A stretch of DNA of 64,000 bases, from NCBI GenBank assembly GCA_964016885.1, contig OZ024756.1:9548001-9612000 (forward strand), in the 5' to 3' direction. Position numbers and translations under genes: made by a program. The notes below the pieces were generated by a model. It was not told where the DNA came from. It saw only the letters and a program-made list of their open reading frames with translations, and searched no databases. Positions 48,401-64,000 of this stretch are shown here, one piece after another. The DNA is from Eledone cirrhosa (Eukaryota). Position 1 is the stretch's first letter. Every line of letters starts with the position of its first letter.

Positions 48401-51400
48401 CAACCACCAACCAGCCAACCACCAACCACCAACCAACCAACCACCAACCAACCACCAACCACCAACCACCAACCACCAACCAACCAATCACCAACCAACA
48501 AACCAGCTATCACCAACCACCAACCAACCATCAACCAGCAAACCAACCACCAACCAACCCACCAACCACCAACCACCAACCACCAACCAACCAATCACCA
48601 ACAAACCACCAACCACCAACCACCAACCACCAACCACCAACCAACCAATCACCAACCAACAACCAACCAACCACCAACCAACCACCAACAAACCTTCCAA
48701 CCAACCACCAACCAATCACCAACCAACCAACCAACCACCAACCACCAACCAACCACAACCACCAATCACCAACCACCAACCAACCACCAACTAACCACCA
48801 ACCACCAACCAACCACCAACCACCAACCACCAACCACCAACCAACCAGCCACCAATTAACCACCTACCAACCAATCACCAACCACCAACCAACCACCAAC
48901 CAACCAACCAACCAACCACCAAGCAAGCAACCAACCAACCACCAACTAACCAACAACCAACCATCCACCAACCAACCAACCACCAACCAAACACCAACCA
49001 CCAACCAACCAACCAGCCAAACAGCAACCAAACAACCAACCACCAACCAAACACCAACCAACCTCCCACCAACCACCAACCACCAACCACCAACCAATCA
49101 CCAACCAACAACCAACCAAACCACCAACCAACCACCAACCAACCCTCCAACCAACCACCAACAAATCACCAACCAACCAACCAACCACCAAGCAAGCAAC
49201 CAACCAACCACCAACCAACCAACCACCAACCAACCAACCACCAACCAACCACCAGCCAACGAACCAACCAACCAGCCAACTAACCAACCACCAACCAATC
49301 ACCAAACAACCAACCACCAACCAACCAACAAACCAACCAACCAACCAACAACCAACCAACAAACCAACCAACCAACCACCAACCAAACTCCCACCAACCA
49401 CCAACCACCAACAACCAACCACCAACCAACCAATCACCAACCAACAACCAACCAAACCACCAACCAACCACCAACCAACCCTCCAACCAACCACCAACCA
49501 ATCAGCAACCAACCAACCAACCACCAACCACCAACCAACCACAACCACCAATCACCAACCACCAACCAACCACCAACTAACCACCAACCACCAACCAACC
49601 ACCAACCACCAACCACCAACCAACCAGCCACCAATTAACCACATACCAACCAACCAATCACCAACCACCAACCAACCACCAACCAACCCTCCAACCACCA
49701 ACCAACCACCATCAACCACCAACCAACCACCCAAACAATCAAACCAACCACCAACCACCAACCAACCAACCACCAACCAACCAACCACCAAGCAAGCAAC
49801 CAACCAACCACCAACCAACCATCAACCAACCATCCACCAACCAACCAACCACCAACCAACCAACCACCAACCACCAACCAACCAACCAAACACCAACCAA
49901 CCAACCACCAACCAAACACCAACCAACCAACCAATCACCAACCAAACAACCACCAACCAACCAGCCACACAACCACCAACTACCAACCATCAACCACCAA
50001 CCACCAACCAGCCAACAAGCCAACCAACCAGCCAACCAACCACCAACCAACCAACCACCAACCAACCAACCACCAAACCAACCACCAACCAACCACCAGC
50101 CAACGAGCCAACCAACCAGCCAACTAACCAACCACCAACCAATCACCAAACAACCAACCAGCCAACCAACAAACCAACCAACCAACCAACCACCAACCAA
50201 CCACCAACCAACCAACAAACCAACCAACCACCAACCAACCACCCACCAACCACCAACCAACAACCAACCACGAACCAACCAACCATCAACCACCAACCAC
50301 CAACCAGCCAACAAGCCAGCCAACCAGCCAACCACCAACCAACCAACCACCAACCAACCAACCAACAACCAACCAATCAACCACCAACCAACCACCAGCC
50401 AACGAGCCAACCAACGAGCCAACCAACCAACCACCAAGCAATCAACCACCAACCAACCAGACAACCAACAAACCAATAAACCAACCACCAACCAACCACC
50501 AATCAACAAACCAACCACCAACCACCAACCAACCAAACACCAACCAACCACCCACCAACCAACCAACCAACACCCAATCAACCAACCACCAACCAACCAT
50601 CAAACAACCATCCAACCAGCCAACCACCCACCAACCAACCACCAACCAACCATCAACCAACCATCCAACCAGCCAACCAACCACCAACCAACCAACCAAC
50701 CACCAACCAACCACCAACCACCAACAATACACCAACCAACCACCAACCAGCCAACCACCAACCACCAACCAACCAACCACCAACCAACCACCAACCACCA
50801 ACCACCAACCACCAACCAACCAATCACCAACCAACAAACCAGCTATCACCAACCACCAACCAACCATCAACCAGCAAACCAACCACCAACCAACCCACCA
50901 ACCACCAATCACCAACCACCAACCAACCACCAACCACCAACCACCAACCAACCAATCACCAACAAACCACCAACCACCAACCACCAACCACCAACCACCA
51001 ACCACCAACCAACCAATCACCAACCAACAACCAACCACCAACCAACCACCAACAAACCTTCCAACCAACCACCAACCAATCACCAACCAACCAACCAACC
51101 AACCACCAACCACCAACCAACCACAACCACCAATCACCAACCACCAACCAACCACCAACTAACCACCAACCACCAACCAACCACCAACCACCAACCACCA
51201 ACCACCAACCAACCAGCCACCAATTAACCACCTACCAACCAATCACCAACCACCAACCAACCACCAACCAACCAACCAACCAACCACCAAGCAAGCAACC
51301 AACCAACCACCAACTAACCAACAACCAACCATCCACCAACCAACCAACCACCAACCAAACACCAACCACCAACCAACCAACCAGCCAAACAGCAACCAAA

Positions 51401-54400
51401 CAACCAACCACCAACCAAACACCAACGAACCTCCCACCAACCACCAACCACCAACCACCAACCAATCACCAACCAACAACCAACCAAACCACCAACCAAC
51501 CACCAACCAACCCTCCAACCAACCACCAACAAATCACCAACCAACCAACCAACCACCAAGCAAGCAACCAACCAACCACCAACCAACCAACCACCAACCA
51601 ACCAACCACCAACCAACCACCAGCCAACGAACCAACGAACCAGCCAACTAACCAACCACCAACCAATCACCAAACAACCAACCACCAACCAACCAACCAA
51701 CCACCAACCAACCAACAAACCAACCAACCAACCAACAACCAACCAACAAACCAACCAACCAACCACCAACCAAACTCCCACCAACCACCAACCACCAACA
51801 ACCAACCACCAACCAACCAATCACCAACCAACAACCAACCAAACCACCAACCAACCACCAACCAACCCTCCAACCAACCACCAACCAATCACCAACCAAC
51901 CAACCAACCACCAACCACCAACCAACCACAACCACCAATCACCAACCACCAACTAACCACCAACCACCAACCAACCACCAACCACCAACCAACCAGCCAC
52001 CAATTAACCACATACCAACCAACCAATCACCAACCACCAACCAACCACCAACCAACCCTCCAACCACCAACCAACCACCATCAACCACCAACCAACCAAC
52101 CACCCAAACAATCAAACCAACCACCAACCACCAACCAACCAACCACCAACCAACCAGCCAACCAACAAACCAACCACCATGCAACCAACCACCAACCAGC
52201 CAACCACCAACCAACCACCAACCAACCACCAACCAGCCAACAAGCCAACAAACCAGCTAACCAACCAACCACCAACAAATCACCAACCAACCACCAACCA
52301 CCCACCCGCCAACCACCAACCAGCCAACAAACCAACCAGCCAACCAAACAACCAACCAACCACCAACCAACCAACCAACCAACCAACTAACCAATCAACC
52401 AACAAACCAAACAGCCAGCCAACCAACCAACCAGCCAACCAACCAACCAGTCAATCAACCAACCAACCACCAAACAGCCAACCACCAACCAGCCAACCAC
52501 TAACCAACTACCAACCAACCAATCACCAACCACCAACCAACCACCAACCAACCACCAACCAACCAACCCTCCAACCAACCACCAACCAACCACCAATCAA
52601 CCAGCCAACCAACCACCAACCAACCCACCAACCACCAATCACCAACCACCAACCAACAACCAACCACCAACCACCTACCAACCAATCACCAACCAACCAC
52701 CAACCACCAACCACCAACCACCAACCAACCAATCAGCAACCAACAACCAACCAACCACCAACCAACCACCAACCAACCTTCCAACCAACCACCAACCAAT
52801 CACCAACCAACCAACCACCAACCACCAACCAACCACAACCACCAATCACCAACCACCAACCAACCACCAACTAACCACCAACCACCAACCAACCACCAAC
52901 CACCAACCACCAACCAACCAGCCACCAATTAACCACCTACCAACCAACCAATCACCAACCACCAACCAACCACCAACCAACCCTCCAACCACCAACCAAC
53001 CACCATCAACCACCAACCAACCAACCACCCAAACAATCAAACCAACCACCAACCACCAACCAACCAACCACCAACCAACCAGCCAACCAACAAACCAACT
53101 ACCATGCAACCAACCACCAACCAGCCAACCACCAACCAACCACCAACCAACCACCAACCAGCCAACAAGCCAACAAACCAGCTAACCAACCAACCACCAA
53201 CAAATCACCAACCAAACCACCAACCAACCACCCACCAACCACCAACCAGCCAACAAACCAACCAGCCAACAAAACAACCAACCAACCAACCACCAACCAA
53301 CCACCAACCAGCCAACAAGCCAACAAACCAGCTAACCAACCAACCACCAACAAATCACCAACCAACCACCAACCACCCACCCACCAACCACCAACCAGCC
53401 AACAAACCAACCAGCCAACCAAACAACCAACCAACCACCAACCAACCAACCAACCAACCAACTAACCAATCAACCAACAAACCAAACAGCCAGCCAACCA
53501 ACCAACCAGCCAACCAACCAACCAGCCAATCAACCAACCAACCACCAAACAGCCAACCACCAACCAGCCAACCACTAACCAACTACCAACCAACCAATCA
53601 CCAACCACCAACCAACCACCAACCAACCCTCCAACCAACCACCAACCAACCACCAATCAACCACCAACCAACCAACCACCCAAACAATCAAACCAACCAC
53701 AAACCACCAACCAACCAACCACCAACCAACCAACCAACCAACAAACCAACCACCATGCAACCAACCACCAACCAGCCAACCACCAACCAACCACCAACCA
53801 ACCACCAACCAGCCAACAAGCCAACAAACCAGCTAACCAACCAACCACCAACAAATCACCAACCAACCAGCAACCAACCACCCACCAACCACCAACCAGC
53901 CAACAAACCAACCAGCCAACCAAACAACCAACCAACCAACCACCAACCAACCACCAACCAGCCAACAAGCCAACAAACCAGCTAACCAACCAACCACCAA
54001 CAAATCACCAACCAACCACCAACCACCCACCCACCAACCACCAACCAGCCAACAAACCAACCAGACAACCAAACAACCAACCAACCACCAACCAACCAAC
54101 CAACTAACCAATCAACCAACAAACCAAACAGCCAGCCAACCAGCCAACCAGCCAACCAACCAACCAGCCAATCAACCAACCAACCACCAAACAGCCAACC
54201 ACCAACCAGCCAACCACTAACCAACTACTAACCAACAACCACCAGCCAACTAACCAACCACCAACCAATCAACCAACCAACGACCAACCACCAACCAATC
54301 AACCACCAAACAACCAACCAGCCAACAACGAACCAACCACCAACCAACCAACCAACCACCAACCAAGCAACCAACCAACCACCAACCAACCAACAACCAA

Positions 54401-57400
54401 CCATCCACCAACCAACCAACCACCAACCAACCAACCAACCAAACACCAACCAACCAACCAATCACCAACCAAACAACCACCAACCAACCAGCCACACAAC
54501 CACCAACCAACCACCAACCATCAACCACCAACCACCAACCAGCCAACAAGCCAGCCCACCAGCCAACCAACCACCAACCAACCAACCACCAACCAACCAC
54601 CAACCAACCAACCACCAAACCAACCACCAACGAACAACCAGCCAACTAACCAACCACCAACCAATCACCAAACAACCAACCAGTCAACCAACAAACCAAC
54701 CAACCAACCAACCACCAACCAACCAACAAACCAACCAACCACCAACCAACCACCCACCAACCACCAACCAACAACCAACCACGAACCAACCAACCATCAA
54801 CCACCAACCACCAACCAGCCAACAAGCCAGCCAACCAGCCAACCACCAACCAACCAACCAACAACCAACCAATCAACCACCAACCAACCACCAGCCAACG
54901 AGCCAACCAACGAGCCAACCAACCAACCACCAAGCAATCAACCACCAACCAACCACCAACCAACCATCAACCAACCATCCAACCAGCCAACCAACCACCA
55001 ACCAACCAACCAACCACCAACCAACCACCAACCACCAACCAACCACCAACCAACCACCAACCAGCCAACCACCAACCAACAACCAACCAACCACCAACCA
55101 ACCACCAACCACCAACCAACCAATCACCAACCAACCAACCACCTATCACCAACCACCAACCAACCTTCAACCAGCCAACCAACCACCAACCAACCCACCA
55201 ACCACCAATCACCAACCACCAACCAACCTTCAACCAGCCAACCAACCACCAACCAACCCACCAACCACCAATCACCAACCACCAACCAACCACCAACCAC
55301 CAACCAACCAATCACCAACCAACCACCAACCACCAACCACCAACAACCAATCACCAACCAACCAACCACCAACCAACCAACAACCATCCAATCAACCACC
55401 AACTAACCACCAGCCAACGAGCCAACCAACGAGCCAACCAACCACCAACCAATCAACCACCAACCAACCAGACAACCAACAAACCAATAAACCAACCACC
55501 AACCAACCACCAATCAACAAACCAACAACCAACCAACCATCAAACAACCATCCAACCAGCCAACCAACCACCAACCAACCACAAACCAACCACCAACCAA
55601 CCATCAACCAACCATCCAACCAGCCAACCAACCACCAACCAACCAACCACCAACCAACCACCAACCACCAACAATCCACCAACCAACCACCAACCAGCCA
55701 ACCACCAACCACCAACCAACCAACCACCAACCAACCACCAACCACCAACCAACCAATCACCAACCAACAAACCACCTATCACCAACCACCAACCAACCAT
55801 CAACCAGCCAACCAACCACCAACCAACCCACCAACCACCAATCACCAATCACCAACCAACCGCCAACCACCAACCACCAACCACCAACCAACCAATCAGC
55901 AACCAACAACCAACCAACCACCAACCAACCACCAACCAACCTTCCAACCAACCACCAACCAACCACCAACCACCAACCAACCACAACCACCAATCTCCAA
56001 CCACCAACCAACCACCAACTAACCACCAACCACCAACCAACCACCAACCACCAGCCACCAACCAACCAATCAGCAACCAACCACCAACCACCAACCACCA
56101 ACCAACCAATCACCAACCAACAACCAACCAACCAGCAACCAACCACCGACCAACCTTCCAACCAACCACCAACCAATCACCAACCAACCAACCAACCACC
56201 AACCACCAACCAACCACAACCACCAATCAGCAACCACCAACCAAACACCAACTAACCACCAACCACCAACCAACCACCAACCACCAACCAACCTGCCACC
56301 AATTAACCACCTACCAACCAACCAATCACCAACCACCAACCAACCACCAACCAACCAACCACCAAGCAAGCAACCAACCACCAACCAACAACCAACCATC
56401 CACCAACCAACCAACCAACCACCAACCAACCAACCACCAACCACCAACCAACCAACCAACCAAACACCAACCAAACAACCAACCACCAACCAAACACCAA
56501 CCAACCAACCAATCACCAACCAAACAACCACCAACCAACCAGCCAACCACCAACCACCAACCATCAACCACCAAAAACCAACCAGCCAACAAGCCAACCA
56601 ACCAACCAACCACCAACCAACCCACCACAACCAACCAACCACCAACCAACCAACCACCAACCAACCACCAGCCAACGAGCCAACCAACCAGCCAACTAAC
56701 CAACCACCAACCAATCACCAAACAACCAACCAGCCAACCAACAAACCAACCAACCAACCACCAAACAACCAACCACCAACCAACCAACAAACCAACCAAC
56801 CAACAACCAACCAACCTCCCACCAATCACCAACCACCAACCACCAACCAACCAATCACCAACCAACAACCAACCAAACCACCAACCAACCACCAACCAAC
56901 CCTCCAACCAACCACCAACCAATCATCAACCAAGCAACCACCAACCACCAACCAACCACAACCACCAATCACCAACCAACCAACCACCAATTACCCACCT
57001 ACCAACCAACCAATCACCAACCACCAACCAACCACCAACCAACCCTCCAACCAACCACCAACCAACCACCAATCAACCACCAACCAACCAACCACCCAAA
57101 GAATCAAACCAACCACCAACCACCAACCAACCAACCACCAACCAACCAGCCAACCAACAAACCAACCACCATGCAACCAACCACCAACCAGCCAACCACC
57201 AACCAACCACCAACCAACCACCAACCAGCCAACAAGCCAACAAACCAGCTAACCAACCAACCACCAACAAATCACCAACCAACCATCAACCAACCCCCAC
57301 CAACCACCAACCAGCCAACAAACCAACCAGCCAACCAACAGACCAAACAGCCAGCCAACAAACCAACCAACCAACCAACCAGCCAATCAACCAAACAACC

Positions 57401-60400
57401 ACCAAACAGCCAACCACCAACCAGCCAACCACTAACCAACTACTAACCAACAACCACCAGCCAACTAACCAACCACCAACCAACAATCAACCAACCAACG
57501 ACCAACCACCAACCAATCAACCACCAAACAACCAACCAGCCAACAACGAACCAACCACCAACCAACCAACCACCAAGCAAGCAACCAACCAACCACCAAC
57601 CAACCAACAACCAAACATCCACCAACCAACCAACCACCAACCAACCAACCACCAACCACCAACCAACCAACCATCAACCACCAACCACCAACCAGCCAAC
57701 AAGCCAGCCAACCAGCCAACCACCAACCAACCACCAACCAACCAACCAACAACCAACCAATCAACCACCAACCAACCACCAGCCAACGAGTCAACCAACG
57801 AGCCAACCAACCAACCACCAACCAATCAACCACCAACCAACCAGCCAACCACCCACCAACCAACCACCAACCAACCAACCACCAACCAACCAACCAACCA
57901 CCAACCAACCACCAGCCAACGAGCCAACCAACCAGCCAACTAACCAACCACCAACCAATCACCAAACAACCAACCAGCCAACCAACAAACCAACCAACCA
58001 ACCACCAACCAACCACCAACCAACCAACAAACCAACCACCAACCAACCACCCACCAACCAACAACCAACCACGAACCAACCAACCATCAACCACCAACCA
58101 CCAACCAGCCAACAAGCCAGCCAACCAGCCAACCACCAACCAACCAACCACCAACCAACCAACCAACAACCAACCAATCAACCACCAACCAACCACCAGC
58201 AAACGAGCCAACCAACGAGCCAACCAACCAACCACCAACCAATCAACCACCAACCAACCAGACAACCAACACACCAATAAACCAACCAGCAACCAACCAC
58301 CAATCAACAAACCAACCACCAACCATCAACCAACCATCCAACCAGCCAACCAACCACCAACCAGCCACCAACCAACCACCAACACACCATCAACCAACCT
58401 TCCAACCAGCCAACCAACCACCAACCAACCAACCAACCACCAACCAACCACCAACCACCAACCAACCACCAACCAACCACCAACCAGCCAACCACCAACC
58501 AACAACCAACCAACCACCAACCAACCACCAACCACCAACCACCAACCACCAACCAACCAATATCCAACCAACCAACCAACCACCTATCACCAACCACCAA
58601 CCAACCATCAACCAGCCAACCAACCATCAACCAACCCACCAACCACCAATCACCAACCACCAACCAACCACCAACCACCAACCACCAACCACCAACCAAC
58701 CAAGCACCAACCAACCACCAACCACCAACCACCAACCACCAACCAACCAATCACCAACCAACAACCAACCAACCACCAACCAACCACCAGCCAACCCTCC
58801 AAACAACCACCAACCAATCACCAACCAACCAACCAACCACCAACCACCAACCAAACACAACCACCAATCACCAACCACCAACCAACCACCAACTAACCAC
58901 CAACCACCAACCAACCACCAACCACCAACCACCAACCAACCAACCACCAATTAACCACCTACCAACCAACCAATCACCAACCACCAACCAACCACCAACC
59001 AACCCTCCAACCAACCACCAACCAACCACCAATCAACCACCAACCAACCAACCACCAACCACCAACCAACCACAACCACCAATCACCAACCACCAACGAA
59101 CCACCAACTAACCACCAACTACCAACCACCAACCAAGCACCAACCACCAACCACCAACCAACCACCAACCAAACACCAACCACCAACCACCAACCAACCA
59201 CCAACCACAAACCAACCACCAACCAACCACCAACCATCAACCCATACACCAACCACCAACCAGCCACCAACCACCAATCACCAACCAATCACCAACCAAC
59301 CACCAACCACCAACCAACCACCAACCACCAACCAACAACCAACCACCAACCACCAACCAACCACCAACCACCAACCATCCACCAACAAACAACCAACCAA
59401 CCACCAACCAACCACCAACCACCAACCAACAACCACCAACCAACAACCAACCACCAACCACCAACCAACCAACCAACCACCAACCAGCCACCAACAACCA
59501 ACCACAAACCACCAACCATCAACCAACCAACCAACCATCAACCAACCAGCCACCAACCACCAATCACCAACCAATCACAAACCAACCACCAACCAACCAC
59601 CAACCACCAACCACCAACCAACCAACCACCAACCACCAACCACCAACCACCAACCACCAACCAACCACCAACCACCAACCAACCAACCACCAACCACCAA
59701 CCAACCAACCACCAACCACCAACCAACCACCAATCACCAACCAACCACCAACCACCAATCACCAACCAATCACCAACCAACCACCAATCACCAACCAACC
59801 ACCAACCACCAACCAACCACCAACCGCCAACCACCAACCAACCACCAATCACCAACCACCAACCAACCACCAACCACCAACCAACCACCAACCAACCACC
59901 AACCAATCACCAACCATCAACGAACCACCAACCAACCACCAACCACCAACCAACCACCAACCACCAACCAACCACCAACCAACCACCAACCACCAACCAA
60001 CCACCTATCACCAACCAACCAACCACCAACCACCAACCACCAACCACCAACCAACCACCAACCACCAACCAACCACCAACCACCAACCAACCACCAACCA
60101 CCAACCACCAACCACCAACCAACCACCAATCACCAACCACCAACCACCAACCAATCACCAACCAACCACCAACCACCAACCACCAACCACCAACCAACCA
60201 CCAATCACCAACCAACCAACCACCAACCACTAACCAGCCACCAACCAACCACCAACCAACCACCAACCACCAACCAACCACCAACCAACCACCAACCACC
60301 AACCAACCACCAACCAACCACCAACCACCAACCACCAACCAACCACCAACCAACCACCAACCAACCACCAACCACCAACCAACCACCAACCAACCACCAA

Positions 60401-63400
60401 CCAACCACCAACCACCAACCAACCACCAACCAACCACCAATCACCAACCACCAACCACCAACCAATCACCAACCAACCAACCAACCACCAACCACCAACC
60501 AATCACCAACCAACCAACCACCAACCACCAACCACCAACCACCAACCAACCACCAACCACCAACCACCAACCAACCACCAACCAACCACCAACCACCAAC
60601 CAACCACCAACCAACCACCAACCAACCACCAACCACCAACCAACCACCAACCAACCACCAACCACCAACCAACCACCAATCACCAAACAACCAACCACCA
60701 ACCACCAACCACCAACCACCAACCAACCACCAACCAACCACAACCACCAATCACCAACCACCAACCAACCACCAACTAACCACCAACCACCAACCAACCA
60801 CAAACCACCAACCACCAACCAACCAATCACCGACCACCAACCAACCACCAACCAACCCTCCAACCAACCACCAACCAACCACCAATCAACCACCAACCAA
60901 CCAACCACCAACCACCAACCAACCACAATCACCAATCACCAACCACCAACGAACCACCAACTAACCACCAACCACCAACCACCAACCAAGCACCAACCAC
61001 CAACCACCAACCAACCACCAACCAAACACCAACCACCAACAACCAACCAACCACCAACCACCAACCAACCACCAACCAACCACCAACCATCAACCCATAC
61101 ACCAACCACCAACCAGCCACCAACCACCAATCACCAACCAATCACCAACCAACCACCAACCACCAACCAACCACCAACCACCAACCAACAACCAACCACC
61201 AACCACCAACCAACCACCAACCACCAACCATCCACCAACAAACAACCAACCAACCACCAACCAACCACCAACCACCAACCAACAACCACCAACCAACAAC
61301 CAACCACCAACCACCAACCAACCAACCAACCACCAACCAGCCACCAACAACCAACCACAAACCAACCACCAACCACCAACCACCAACCATCAACCAACCA
61401 ACCAACCATCAACCAACCAGCCACCAGCCACCAATCACCAACCAATCACAAACCAACCACCAACCAACCACCAACCACCAACCACCAACCAACCAACCAC
61501 CAACCACCAACCACCAACCACCAACCAACCACCAACCACCAACCAACCAACCACCAATCACCAATCACCAACCAATCACCAACCAACCACCAACCACCAA
61601 CCACCAACCAACCACCAATCACCAACCAACCAACCAACCACCAACCACCAACCAACCACCAACCAACCACCAACCAATCACCAGCCATCAACCAACCACC
61701 AACCAACCACCAACCACCAACCAACCACCAACCACCAACCAACCACCAACCAACCACCAACCACCAACCAACCACCTATCACCAACCAACCAACCACCAA
61801 CCACCAACCACCAACCACCAACCAACCACCAACCACCAACCAACCACCAACCACCAACCAACCACCAACCACCAACCACCAACCAACCACCAATCACCAA
61901 CCACCAACCACCAACCAATCACCAACCAACCACCAACCACCAACCACCAACCAACCACCAATCACCAACCAACCAACCACCAACCACTAACCAGCCACCA
62001 ACCAACCACCAACCAACCACCAACCACCAACCAACCACCAACCAACCACCAACCACCAACCAACCACCAACCAACCACCAACCACCAACCACCAACCAAC
62101 CACCAACCAACCACCAACCAACCACCAACCACCAACCAACCACCAACCAACCACCAACCAACCACCAACCAACCACCAACCACCAACCAACCACCAATCA
62201 CCAACCACCAACCACCAACCACCAACCAATCACCAACCAACCACCAACCACCAACCACCAACCAATCACCAACCAACCAACCACCAACCACCAACCACCA
62301 ACCACCAACCAACCACCAACCACCAACCACCAACCAACCACCAACCAACCACCAACCACCAACCAACCACCAACCAACCACCAACCAACCACCAACCACC
62401 AACCAACCACCAACCAACCACCAACCACCAACCAACCACCAATCACCAACCAACCAACCACCAACCACCAACCACCAACCACCAACCAACCAACAACCAA
62501 CCACCAAGCAACCACCAACAAGCAACCAACCAACCACCAACCACCAACCAACCACCAATCACCAACCACCAACCACCAACCACCAACCAATCACCAACCA
62601 ACCACCAACCACCAACCACCAACCAACCACCAACCACCAACCACCAACCAACCACCAACCACCAACCACCAACCAAAAACCAACCACCAACCACCAACCA
62701 CCAACCAACCACCAACCACCAGCCACCAACCAACCACCAATCACCAACCACCAACCACCAACCACCAACCACCAACCAACCACCAATCACCAACCACCAA
62801 CCACCAACCACCAACCAACCACCAACCAACCACCAACCACCAACCAACCAACCACCAACCACCAACCACGAACCACCAATCACCAACCAACCACCAACCA
62901 CCAACCACCAACCACCAACCAACCACCAACCAACCACCAACCAACCACCAACCACCAACCAACCACCAACCACCAATCACCAACCACCAACCAACCACCA
63001 ATCACCAACCACCAACCACCAACCAATCACCAATCAACCCCCAACCACCAACCAACCACCAACCACCAACCACCAACCAACCACCAACCACCAACCACCA
63101 ACCAACCACCAACCACCAACCACCAACCACCAACCAACCACCAACCAACCACCAACCACCAACCAACCACGAATCACCAACCACCAACCACCAACCAATC
63201 ACCAACCAACCACCAACCACCAACCAACAACCACCAACCACCAACCACCAACCAACCACCAACCACCAACCACCAACCACCAACCAACCACCAACCAACA
63301 ACCACTAACCAACCACCAACCACCAACCACCAACCACCAACCAACCACCAACCACCAACCACCAACCACCAACCAACCACCAATCACCAACCACCAACCA

Positions 63401-64000
63401 CCAACCAATCACCAACCAACCACCAACCACCAACCAACCACCAACAACCAACCACCAACCACCAACCACCAACCACCAACCAACCAACCAACCACCAACC
63501 AACCACCAACCACCGACCACCAACCATCAACCAACCACCAACCAACCACCAACCACCAACCACCAACTATCAACCAACCAACCATCAACCAACCAGCCAC
63601 CAACCACCAATCACCAACAATTCACCAACCAACCACCAACCACCAACCACCAACCACCAACCAACCACCAACCAACCATCAACCACCAACCACCAACCAA
63701 CCACCAACCACCAACCAACCAACCACCAACTAACCACCAACCACCAACCAACCACCAATCACCAACCAACCAACAACCACCAACCACCAACCACCAACCA
63801 ACCACCAATCACCAACCAATCACAACCAACCACCAACCACCAACCAACCACCAATCACCAAACACCAACCAACCACCAAGAACCACCAAGCACCAACCAC
63901 TAACCAACCACCAACCACCAACCAACCACCAACCACCAACCACCAACCACCAACCACCAACCAACCACCAACCAACCACCAACCACCAACCACCAACAAA
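39426..64000. repeat. Large (CCAA)n/(CCA)-based complex satellite, more than 24.5 kb
   Basis: Mixture of ACCA and ACC units with recurrent variants. The + strand is almost entirely C and A. The array runs off the right edge of the window. Confidence 0.98.

Noticed and set aside
39906-63808. Trp/Leu/Val/Gly-rich (-) and Pro/Thr/Asn/Gln-rich (+) ORFs
   Set aside because: These are translations of (TTGG/TGG)n and (CCAA/CCA)n, with no coding signal.

Overview
Repeat-dominated animal genomic DNA with no recognisable host protein-coding gene. All long ORFs in the supplied track are artefacts of stop-free simple repeats. The tRNA-derived SINE and the RTE-type LINE fragments resemble repeats I recall from octopod cephalopods, so the taxon is an inference. 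Layout: (1) 1-15.97 kb, a modular GT/TCAG satellite with a ~5.03 kb higher-order duplication. (2) 16-26.4 kb, a (TA)n/(TATG)n microsatellite zone containing four SINE copies, an internally deleted RTE element, and a cluster of six minimal type-I hammerhead ribozyme motifs. Five of these have intact cores and one is disrupted. They belong to about four sequence families and include a 188-bp head-to-head inverted repeat and a 422-bp direct-repeat unit, which suggests Penelope-like pLTRs or retrozymes. (3) A 200-N scaffold gap. (4) 26.6-39.4 kb, decayed CRE-like and RTE non-LTR retrotransposons. Three minisatellites (52, 47 and 52 bp) have expanded in place from their coding or 3'-end sequence, and a hAT-like MITE is also present. 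(5) 39.4-64 kb, a strand-asymmetric (CCAA/CCA)n satellite with kb-scale higher-order structure. The hammerhead cluster and the retrotransposon-seeded minisatellites are the most interesting signals.
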